Positions 1-9,800 of a stretch of 52,428 nucleotides of DNA are shown here, piece by piece. The notes under the pieces are model-generated. The model was not told the origin of the DNA. It saw nothing but the letters and a program-made list of their open reading frames with translations, and made no database searches. The first letter of the stretch is position 1. Each line of letters opens with the position of its first letter. The position numbers and the translations under genes were made by a program. The stretch is from a virus. Its lineage: Duplodnaviria > Caudoviricetes. The DNA lies in IMG/VR virus record IMGVR_UViG_3300033153_009436, positions 1 to 52,428 of that record. The stretch is one strand, 5' to 3'.

Positions 1-1
1 A

Positions 2-3000
2 GAACCAGCAGCTCCTGCAGAAGATATATCTAAATTACCTATTCAAAAAAGAATACAAGCACTAATAGACAATGGAACAATAGTAAGTACCTCTACCCAT
101 AACTTAGGGGGAAGATTTCCTATTATAATAAATATTAATGGAGTTCCAACTCCTTTTTATAGAAGCAGTGTAGGTACAGAAGGCAAAGTAAAAGGAAATT
201 GGTATCCATTCTTTGGATTTGGAAAAAACAAAAACAATTCATGGCTAATAAAAGGGCCAGTAAAAGATTCAAAGGAAGGATATGGAATTGCTGCTATACA
301 AGAAATGATGGAGTATCTAAATAATACTCTTAATTGGGATCATTCAATTGACAAGGTACTTACAGTTAAAAAGCATCCATTTTTCAATGTACTTACAGTG
401 GTATCTGAAGAAGATTTCAATAAAGAAGTATTTGGAAAAGATGTAAGTAATATCAACAAAAAAACAGCTACAGATTTTATTAGAGAACAATTAAATAAAA
501 TTGAAGAAGCACCAGCAGTTCCTGCTGTTGAAGAACCAGTGTATGATCCAGTTTTATATGAGAAGGATACTGCTATAAAAGAAGCTCTGGAAGAATCTGC
601 TGTTAATGGTGATACATTTAAGGAAGCTCTTGAAAAACTAAATATTACTGAAGAAGATCTTCAGGAGATGATTGCTGAAAGAATGATGACAGAGTTTAAA
701 GAGTTTGAAATATTAGTTGGTGGTTTAAAGGCTGATACGGAAATTTCTGAAGATATTAAGCATGGACTTATCTCTGAGACAGGAAAAGTTACTGAAGAAG
801 GAAAGAAATCTATGGAAGCTCTCAATCTTAGAGAAGAAGATCCTGGTTTTAATTTAGCACAGGTGTTCTTCAATGACTGGTTAAATACTAAATCATTTAA
901 TGATCTACTACTTGGTGATCAGGCTATGACATTAAAGAATGCAATTGATCAGATTAAAAGAGCTAAGATGCAAAATGCTGCTGGCCCTAGTGCAGCTAGT
1001 ATAATAGCTGCTCCAAAACATGGAATAGATCATCCCAATCAACATATTAGTTTATTAAGTTTTGATGATCCAGAATTTAAACAGAAATATGGTGTATTTG
1101 AAGAAAATACAAAACCAGGAGAAGAAGCTAATGCTCAAGTATATGGAACTGTTAAGGCATTTAGATATATGTGGTTTGGAATAGGACAACTTAGTATTAA
1201 ACAAGTTGAACTTCTTGATAAGATAGAAAAGGGTGAGTGGGTTAGTTCTGAAGAGTTTTGGGGAAATGTTAGTCAAGGCATGCGAGGGTTTAAAGATGAT
1301 AATGCAATGACTAACTCTAAGAAATTTGTATATGGAGATGGAAAAACATATCTCAAGTTTTCTCTTGTTACATTAAGTAAAGAGCTTACTTCCAGACTAG
1401 ATGAGAATGGGAACTGGATTGCTCTTGAAACACGTAAGGAGCTTCATAATCTTAGAGTAAAGATGGAGAAGTGGGAGAGTGAGACAGATCAGAATGGAAA
1501 TTTAATAAGAGAAACTATTGCTATAGCTGGTCCAGCATCTGCAATTAAGATGTTAAAAAGAAATCTTACTACAGCTACTGAAGCTTTTAGTGGAAACGAT
1601 ATTAATTCAGAGAATATAACAGACTTGGATGCAAATTATATGAGATTGCAGATGGTTAATCCATCAAATAAATTAGAAATAATTGATCCAACACAGATTA
1701 AAACTATTATTACTTCAGAACAAAAAGATTCAGTAGAAGTTTGGATTGGTAATAAGAAAATGACTGTTGGTCAAATTAGAAAAGCCTATCATAAATCTAT
1801 AGCAGATAGGGTTACTCTGCAGTATATAGGAAGAAGAAACTTAATATTTACACTTCCTGCAGCAATGGATGAATTACATAAGAGTATAAATCTAGGAGAG
1901 ATTACTACAGATCTACGATCTTTTCTAAGGTATGCTCTAATAAATCTAGAGGCATCACAAGTTAAAACACAGATGTTAGAGTTCTTTAGTTTAGATCTTA
2001 CTGGTGAGCCTAAATATGATTTAAATAATTCTTTAACAATGCAAAAGTTTCAGGAATTATTTTTAAGTTATTTTAGCAAGGGTGTTCTGCAAGAACATAT
2101 GCCAGGACACAGTTTATCTTTGGTTTCAGGTAAGGGCATGAAGGTTTGGAAAAAGGTTATAGCTATTGATGAAGAGACAGGACAACCAAGCCGTTGGGAA
2201 ATTGTAAGGACAGATGAGTGGGTTGCTATGGACATAAAGGACAAAAATAAAATATTGAATGCAAAAAGCACAAAGTTAGACTGGGATAACACAAAAGAAA
2301 GAACATTTTCAGGACTTAAGGTTGGAGATTATTATATTGATGGTCTTAGAGCCAATGTGAAAGCGTATAAAGAAAATGGAGAAGAAGAAGGAGATAGTTA
2401 TTCTGAGATGATGATGCCTGCTCACTTTAGATCAGTGATGGATAATGTAATAGTTACAAACCCAAATTTTTATAAGTCAAAAGAAGAAATACTTAGTGAA
2501 TGGTGGAATTGGGCATATAAAAGTAATTGGTCACCAGAGGCACAACAAGATATAGTTAGAAGTGATATAGAAGATTTTGATCCTGCTAGATCAAGAAAAG
2601 AATTTGCAGATTGGAAAAATTATCCATACAATGGAATAAAAGATGAATTTGGAGATAATGGTAATAACAAAAGTCAAAAAATACCTGATGTAGTTGGTAA
2701 AATGTTTAGTATAAGAATACCATCTCAGGATAAACACTCAGCTGTAAATGTAATGCTTGTAGATTTCTTACCTGTTTTTTATGGTTCTTCTGCAGTCTTT
2801 CCAGAGGATCTAATTGAGATATCAGGAGCTGATTTTGATATTGATAAAGTATACACTCAGATAAAAGACTTCTATAATGAGGGTAGAAACTTTTATGAAT
2901 ATGGTAAAGCCACCACAGAAGAAGGTCAATATGCTGACTATATAAGATATATAATAAAACAAGGTAACAAAAAAGGAAATGTTATAAGTGATGCTCTAGA

Positions 3001-6000
3001 AGCATGGAATGAAAAGCTTCCAGGGAATCTTGGAGATAAAAAAGGAATCATTAGCCGTTATCTCACTGAAGATGAAATAGCAGATCGTATAGGACTAAAA
3101 CCAGAAGTGGGAGATCCTGAATATCACACATATGTATTGAATTATAGTTCTCTAGTATTAGAATCAATGCTTGAATTTGCTAAAGAAGCTGATGAAACTC
3201 TTATAAAACTATGGGAGACGAAGAAAACTAAAGACTTGATGGGTGCATTAGAAACACTTCAATTACCTGTAACAAGAAAGGAATATAAAGAATATAAGAA
3301 AAAACATGACAGAGAGCCTTATGTAGGAGCTATGAATAATGATGTACTTGATTATAAGTTTGCTCTTCTTGGACATAAAGGAATGACAGAACCCCAGGAT
3401 GGACGTAGAATAGGTTTGGCATTTGAACCAGCAGATGTTAAAGCATTAACTGATCTGTGGGATTGGATGGCAGGAGTAAAAGATGAAAAAACAGGAGAAT
3501 GGATAATGGAGCCCGCATTGCCTGAGTTTGCAGAAACAGTTAAAGAAGAAGGTATTGATGTAGACAATTTACTTGGAAAAGCTTTAACTTTTAAAAATAA
3601 TAAAGAAGGTTCTAGATCTATTGGAGCTGTTGTATTGCCTAATATAGTTATGAGTCTCTTGTCTGAACATAATATTAAAATACGTTCTAAGAAAAAAGGA
3701 AGGACTGAAGAAATTTCTCAACTTAGATTAAATGGTCATACTTATAAAAACTTTAATATAAAGTATGAGATAAATCCTGAGACAGGAAAAGAAATTAAAA
3801 CGAAAGGATTAAGAAGTCAATATGTACTCTCTGCACTTATAACGGCAATGACTGATAATGCTAAAGAAAGATTATCAGCAAAACTTGGATTAAATAAAGA
3901 TGCACTTGCTGTTGTAACTAATCTTGTAGCTTTAGGTGTTGGTATTAGGACAGCAATTTTATTAATAAATCAACCAAGTATTAAAGAGGCTTATATTTCA
4001 GCCATTGATAAAGAGAAACCCAGAGATCCAGGAGTAGCTGCAATTCTTCGTTTAGAAATTGACCAAATGGATAAGGATTACGGAGATGAGGTTTATCTTG
4101 TACCTGTTACTGATAAACAAATGATCCATGTATTGAGAAAAGAAGAGAATGTAGATTTGGATATGGAAAAACAATTCTTAACTGCACATGAAATAAAAAC
4201 ATATACATCAAAGATGCTCTCTCTTGTCAAATTAACTAAAGGAATGGGTAGAGATACTGAAGCTATTAATCAAAGAGATATAGATATAAGAGATCTGGGA
4301 ATTGATCTTACTGATTCAGAGTTTGCTACTAAAAGGGATGCTGATGGAAACTTAATCCCAATAGATGTAAGGAAAATTTTTAATGAAGAACAGGGTGCAA
4401 CAAGTTGGCAATCTAGATTTTATACCATCTATAAAGAGTTTACTCAACAATTATTACCTTCTGTATTCCTAACGAGAACTCCAGATTTTATAAAGATGAA
4501 AGATGTAGTTCTTGCTAACTTAACAAATGATAGTTTCTATATGAGCCCATATAGAGTTAATCAAATTGAAAAAGACTTACTCAGTTATATTACCATAAAA
4601 GCTTATATGAGAGCTCTTAGTGCTCAAGGTAATGACATTCTGAAGAGATCATTAGAAAATGGTTTTATATATGATCAGAAAAAACAGGATGGATTGAAAC
4701 TAAATGATGTAGTTTCAAGAATCAAAAAATATTTAAAAGGAAAAGAGAAGAAAAACTACTTTATTGAGAAATATGTTTACCAGGATAAAGCTACTGATGA
4801 TGCTAATAACTCAGGAGTTAATAGATTGAGATCAAACACTTGGACAAAAATGAGTGATAGTCAGATTGTAAACATACAAAATAGTTTTCTTGAACTTTAT
4901 AGTGATCTTAATACACGTGAAGATGCAATTCATCTGGTACATTATGTACTTGTTAAAGATGCCATGCAATATAAGGGTGGTACTATATTAGATGCAATTC
5001 CTGCATTTATGTTTGATAATCTACTTCAACAAGTAAAGAGTACTCATAATGCATTTAATCTTAAAACTAAAACAGAAGAAGCATTTAAAAGAGTGCTAGG
5101 AAGCAGTCTTCCAGAATTATATAATGAATTTGTGGATGGATATCTCTCCGCACAAAATAATTATTGGCTTTTAAAGAAAATGAAAATAGACGATACTTCT
5201 ATTTATAATCCTAAGAAGTATGTGAGTACTGGTGTTAAAAGGTATGGTGCTAATATAAGAAAGGTGGCTCAGGATGATGAAAATAGTTTGTATGTATTCG
5301 CAGATAATGCTACTGGAACAGGAAAGGTTGGACAGCAACTATTAAGAGGAATTCCTAATGCTAAACCACTTCACTATAAATTAAACGTTGGATACTCTAA
5401 AAGTGATTACTATAATGATGCCCACTTTACAGAGAATGTTCAAATCATAGATGAGAATATAAATGATATCCAAAAGTATGCTAAGGATAACGCAGTAGAG
5501 ATTATTTTTCCTGATAACATATTGGCAAATACTAAAAAACAAACTGAGGCAGAGGTTGCTAGGATGAAGAAATATATGCCAAAAACACTTGAGTATTTAC
5601 AAGAAAGAATTAAAGCGGAATTTGGTTATAATATTACTACAGGTGTTAGTGCTAAATTAAAAATAGACACAGAGGCACTTATGCAACCTGTTCATATAAA
5701 TATGGAAACCAAAAAACTTATTGTTGATCTTTATAAAGGACTTGGCGTTTATACAGATAAAGAAACAGGAGTAAGGAAAATGAAAAGGTGGGCAGTAAAA
5801 AAGAAAAAAGGAGAAAAAAGAGCTCCGGCTTGGAAGGTGGCTTTAGGTGACTTTAGTACACTTAAAAAGAACATGAGTAAGATCATGAAAAAAGGATGGA
5901 ATACTTTTGATACTGAGAGTATTGAAGGAAAAAATATAGCACGTGTAGGATTTCCTTATATGGTAAGAGTAAATGTTGGAGGAGTTAGGGAAGAGTGGAG

Positions 6001-6757
6001 ATACTACAAATTAGAGACAGTGTGGGGAAACAAAGATTCAAAGACAACTGATTTTGTTTCTATGATTGAAGATGGAGATCTTATGGCATATGGTAATAGA
6101 GCTGAATATGTTGAGATGGAACTTAATGGTACATTTACACAGAATCCTATTGGTTTTGTATATGGGAAAGAAGGTTTACCAACAAATGCTGAGGTAAACC
6201 AATTTGTTGATGACAAAAATGAAACTATTGGAATAGAAGAAGAACCTGAGATTTTACATGATGAAGAGAATCTAGCTCAACTTCAGGAAGACTTTGAGCA
6301 GCAAGCTATTGAAAATGCAGTAATAGGTGCAGATGAAATAATCTTTGATGAGGATAACATAATTGTCAGAAAAGGAGAGACTAAAGGTAATATAGCTGAT
6401 GCATCAGTAATTAAGAAAATACAAGATAAGATCAAGGAAGAATCTCAACCAGTAGAAAAATCAGATGTTATATCAGAAGAAGAAGCAATAGACTTATCAG
6501 CAAATTTTGAAGAAGAAGTTGAAGGACGAGGACAACCGTTATCTGAAGGTTTAAAGAAGTTAATTAAATCTAATAAACCAACGCATTCTGTGATCACTAA
6601 TTGGTGGAACAAGTTAGAACGTCCAGACAGAGCAAAAGTAAGAAATGCTTTAGGAATACAGACATTAGATGGGGTAATTGATGAATTTACTTCAGAAAGT
6701 AATACCTTTACAGAGGAAGAGTTTATTAACGATATAAAATTATGCCACTTAAAATGA
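2..6757 (+). CDS. Virion-packaged multisubunit-type (double-psi beta-barrel) RNA polymerase, crAss-like; 5' end lies outside the window
   Basis: Catalytic loop ISGADFDIDK (DFDIDK at 2831-2848) preceded by RIPSQ, and an upstream MRLQM motif, as in crAss-like virion RNAPs. The frame is open from position 2 (EPAAPAEDISK...) into the called Met at 305. Confidence 0.92.
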   Translation, partial: EPAAPAEDISKLPIQKRIQALIDNGTIVSTSTHNLGGRFPIIININGVPTPFYRSSVGTEGKVKGNWYPFFGFGKNKNNSWLIKGPVKDSKEGYGIAAIQEMMEYLNNTLNWDHSIDKVLTVKKHPFFNVLTVVSEEDFNKEVFGKDVSNINKKTATDFIREQLNKIEEAPAVPAVEEPVYDPVLYEKDTAIKEALEESAVNGDTFKEALEKLNITEEDLQEMIAERMMTEFKEFEILVGGLKADTEISEDIKHGLISETGKVTEEGKKSMEALNLREEDPGFNLAQVFFNDWLNTKSFNDLLLGDQAMTLKNAIDQIKRAKMQNAAGPSAASIIAAPKHGIDHPNQHISLLSFDDPEFKQKYGVFEENTKPGEEANAQVYGTVKAFRYMWFGIGQLSIKQVELLDKIEKGEWVSSEEFWGNVSQGMRGFKDDNAMTNSKKFVYGDGKTYLKFSLVTLSKELTSRLDENGNWIALETRKELHNLRVKMEKWESETDQNGNLIRETIAIAGPASAIKMLKRNLTTATEAFSGNDINSENITDLDANYMRLQMVNPSNKLEIIDPTQIKTIITSEQKDSVEVWIGNKKMTVGQIRKAYHKSIADRVTLQYIGRRNLIFTLPAAMDELHKSINLGEITTDLRSFLRYALINLEASQVKTQMLEFFSLDLTGEPKYDLNNSLTMQKFQELFLSYFSKGVLQEHMPGHSLSLVSGKGMKVWKKVIAIDEETGQPSRWEIVRTDEWVAMDIKDKNKILNAKSTKLDWDNTKERTFSGLKVGDYYIDGLRANVKAYKENGEEEGDSYSEMMMPAHFRSVMDNVIVTNPNFYKSKEEILSEWWNWAYKSNWSPEAQQDIVRSDIEDFDPARSRKEFADWKNYPYNGIKDEFGDNGNNKSQKIPDVVGKMFSIRIPSQDKHSAVNVMLVDFLPVFYGSSAVFPEDLIEISGADFDIDKVYTQIKDFYNEGRNFYEYGKATTEEGQYADYIRYIIKQGNKKGNVISDALEAWNEKLPGNLGDKKGIISRYLTEDEIADRIGLKPEVGDPEYHTYVLNYSSLVLESMLEFAKEADETLIKLWETKKTKDLMGALETLQLPVTRKEYKEYKKKHDREPYVGAMNNDVLDYKFALLGHKGMTEPQDGRRIGLAFEPADVKALTDLWDWMAGVKDEKTGEWIMEPALPEFAETVKEEGIDVDNLLGKALTFKNNKEGSRSIGAVVLPNIVMSLLSEHNIKIRSKKKGRTEEISQLRLNGHTYKNFNIKYEINPETGKEIKTKGLRSQYVLSALITAMTDNAKERLSAKLGLNKDALAVVTNLVALGVGIRTAILLINQPSIKEAYISAIDKEKPRDPGVAAILRLEIDQMDKDYGDEVYLVPVTDKQMIHVLRKEENVDLDMEKQFLTAHEIKTYTSKMLSLVKLTKGMGRDTEAINQRDIDIRDLGIDLTDSEFATKRDADGNLIPIDVRKIFNEEQGATSWQSRFYTIYKEFTQQLLPSVFLTRTPDFIKMKDVVLANLTNDSFYMSPYRVNQIEKDLLSYITIKAYMRALSAQGNDILKRSLENGFIYDQKKQDGLKLNDVVSRIKKYLKGKEKKNYFIEKYVYQDKATDDANNSGVNRLRSNTWTKMSDSQIVNIQNSFLELYSDLNTREDAIHLVHYVLVKDAMQYKGGTILDAIPAFMFDNLLQQVKSTHNAFNLKTKTEEAFKRVLGSSLPELYNEFVDGYLSAQNNYWLLKKMKIDDTSIYNPKKYVSTGVKRYGANIRKVAQDDENSLYVFADNATGTGKVGQQLLRGIPNAKPLHYKLNVGYSKSDYYNDAHFTENVQIIDENINDIQKYAKDNAVEIIFPDNILANTKKQTEAEVARMKKYMPKTLEYLQERIKAEFGYNITTGVSAKLKIDTEALMQPVHINMETKKLIVDLYKGLGVYTDKETGVRKMKRWAVKKKKGEKRAPAWKVALGDFSTLKKNMSKIMKKGWNTFDTESIEGKNIARVGFPYMVRVNVGGVREEWRYYKLETVWGNKDSKTTDFVSMIEDGDLMAYGNRAEYVEMELNGTFTQNPIGFVYGKEGLPTNAEVNQFVDDKNETIGIEEEPEILHDEENLAQLQEDFEQQAIENAVIGADEIIFDEDNIIVRKGETKGNIADASVIKKIQDKIKEESQPVEKSDVISEEEAIDLSANFEEEVEGRGQPLSEGLKKLIKSNKPTHSVITNWWNKLERPDRAKVRNALGIQTLDGVIDEFTSESNTFTEEEFINDIKLCHLK

Positions 6758-6891
6758 GTCAAGAACCTACAGCAGCAGAATTTGTGAATTGGTTAAGGGG
6801 TTATTTAGACGCTTTACCCAAAGAAAAAATGGATTATACAGTGTTTGACAAAATAAAAGAGAAGTTGCACTATATTAAAAAAGAAGATTAA
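6754..6891 (+). CDS. Small hypothetical protein (45 aa, MSQEPTAAEFVNWLRGYLDAL...)
   Basis: Read by hand. ATGA overlap with the RNAP stop, and its TAA abuts the next ATG at 6892. Confidence 0.75.
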   Translation: MSQEPTAAEFVNWLRGYLDALPKEKMDYTVFDKIKEKLHYIKKED

Positions 6892-9800
6892 ATGAAATGT
6901 TATAATAGAAGTGCTCCAGAATATCAAGTTCTTACATCTAAATATAAGAGTGTACTTGCTGTTGATAGTATTATAAATAAATGGCAAGATCTTCATAAAA
7001 CTGAAAATTTTCCTACCCTTTCAGATGCGGAGGAGATGATGGAGTCTAGAAAGGTGGTTTTTAATTTAAAGAAAAGAGAATTTGCAGAAACTGTTCTTGC
7101 TAATCTTAGCAGAAAGAATTGGATCAGTAAACTTGGAAAAGATTATTATGTAAATAAATCAAGTGGCTTAACAAGAGGGTTTGATGCAGGAGTACTATGG
7201 AAGAATATAAGAAATATTAATAAGTATCTAGAGTTTAAAAATATTCCTTTAGAAACAATAGAAATACAAAAGAAAAAACCATATAGGATCACTGTTAAAG
7301 AAAATTTATTTACAAGACAAGATATCATACAAGAGAGTAGGGAAAATGATGGGGTTCATACTGCAGATGTGATTGAACATTTAGTAAGAATGTTTCCTGG
7401 AGTAAATGTACAAGCAGTAAGTGTGGCTGCTGCTAAGGAATACTATGATCGTCTTCCTACATGGCAAAAAGCAAAACTTTCTTTTGATCAGGTGAAATCT
7501 TATTATGTAAATAACCAGGTAAAACTTATAGAAGGAAGAACCACTGCAGAAACTTCTATAGAAGAGATACTACATCCTTTTATAGATGGTATAAAAAATG
7601 ATAACATTAAACTATTTGAGGGTCTCTTGTCTGAAGCAAAGAAGAACTTTCCTCAACTTACTCAACAGATTGAAGATTCTTATACAGAGCGAAGAGGGTT
7701 TACTACTGAAGAAAGAGATCTGGAACTTGTAACTCAAGCTCTCTCAAGACATTTTAATAAAGAATTTAAAGAAGAACCCACTATAGGTTGGGAAGCTAAA
7801 GTTAAAGAATTTTTGGAGTGGTTCATGAATATAATAGAGAACCTTCATGAATATCTTACTGGAAAAGGTTTACAAGTTAGTGTTATAAATCCTAATGCAA
7901 CTATGACAGATCTTGCAAGACTTTTAAACACTAAAGATCTGGAGTTTACAACAGAAGAAGCTGTAAGTAGAAAGATAAGGTATTCTCTAAATCCTGAGAA
8001 GAAAAAAATGTTAGATAAGATCATGGGACCTGCTAATCCTGTACAGAAGGCATTAATGATGAAGATGTTTCATCTGGCTATAACAAGTAAGAAGGATACA
8101 GAAGGTTCATTAACTGCTAATGTTAGTGAACTTACGGGAAGTGATCCTTTAGTTGTATTGAATGAACCAAACCACACCTATTATGATCTGGAAACAGGTG
8201 AGGAATATACATCTGTAACAAAAGCAATTAAAGGAACATTTGTTAATAAAGGAGATAAGCAATTAAATCTTGATATTGGAAATGATTTTGATGCAATAGC
8301 AGATGGACTGGCAGCAGGTCTCACATATGAAGAGATACTTCCTAGATTAGTGGTAGTTCATAAATCAATGAAAAAGGTAGGAAAAGGAAAAGATGCGTTT
8401 ACTGTCTCAAATGCATTCATAGCATATAACCAGCTATTAGGTACAATAGAAACTATAAAACAGAATGGTTCAATTATAATACCACAGGTTATATTTGCAG
8501 ATGCAGATTCAAAGATAGCAGGAATGGCAGACTTGGTAGTCATTAGTCCTGAAGGAAAAATAGGAATCATAGATCTCAAAACAGGGAAAGGACCAATAAA
8601 GGCAGCAGGCTATGATAAACCACACCCATTAGAAAAGGATAGTATTCTTAAAGAAAAAGGTGTAGATGAACTCTCAACTAGAAACCAGCATGGTATACAA
8701 GTTAATACTTATAGACGTATGGTGGAGAATCTAGGATATGAAGTTTTAGATCAACAATCATTTGGCATATCTACTCTTCATATGAATGTTGATATAGAGG
8801 GGTATGGTAAAAAACAAATATTTAAGGATAAATTTGAGTATGATGGTTGGGAATCTCATGCTCCTTCCAAGAATCAACCTTGGGTAGATAAGATTGTTCC
8901 TATTAAGAAAAAGGAGGTATCTGCTGCAGATATAGCAAATGCAGAAGAAGCAGCAGGTGTAGATAATCCTACTAGAGATGAAGATTTTTTATCTGATGAG
9001 GATGCTATGCCAGAAGAAATAGAGACTGGTGCATTATATGCAGTTCTCTTTGAAGCACTTCAAGATTTTACAATAGGTCTAAAGAAGAGAAAAGAAGCTA
9101 TTGAGCTAATGAGAGATGGCATTTTTCTTGATAAAACAAGACAAGAAAATGTAGAAAATATAGCAGATACAATGTCAAAAATAAATGTAGCTCTTAATGA
9201 GGGAAGAGATGCTGTTGAGATAGTATACACAGAGTTATTAAGAGATTCAATTGCTGAGATTAAAAAATTTACTGAGTATATTAAGGATCCTATAAATTTT
9301 AATAAGAATAAAACTCAAAGTACACTTGTTTTGAAGCTCATGTCTGAGCTCAATAAACTTGAGACTGTCACAGCAGCTGATGGAACAAGAACTCAAGGTC
9401 TTATTGATGAAGCAATGGATAATTATTTTAGATCTTTTGTTATAGATAACTCTAATAGAGATTTTTCACCAGAAGATTTAGATGAGTTAATGACTAAGGC
9501 TAAAGATATAAGTTTATGGGAAGCAAGTTCATATGATCTAGATAGTTCATCTGATCCGCTCTCAGCACTGATGGCCAAACTGTATAAAAGAAAAAAACAA
9601 GAAGTATTAGATAGAGTTGATAATAGGAATAATAGTATAAGAGTAGTGCTGGCAAAACTTTTAAAACTATCTAATGGTAACAAAATTGACTATAGCTTCA
9701 TGTTACAAGAAGATAATACACGTTATATTCAAGAGATAGGATATGATTATTTTAGAATGGCCGCAGATCTTAGAAATGATATATATGCAGATGAAGATAT

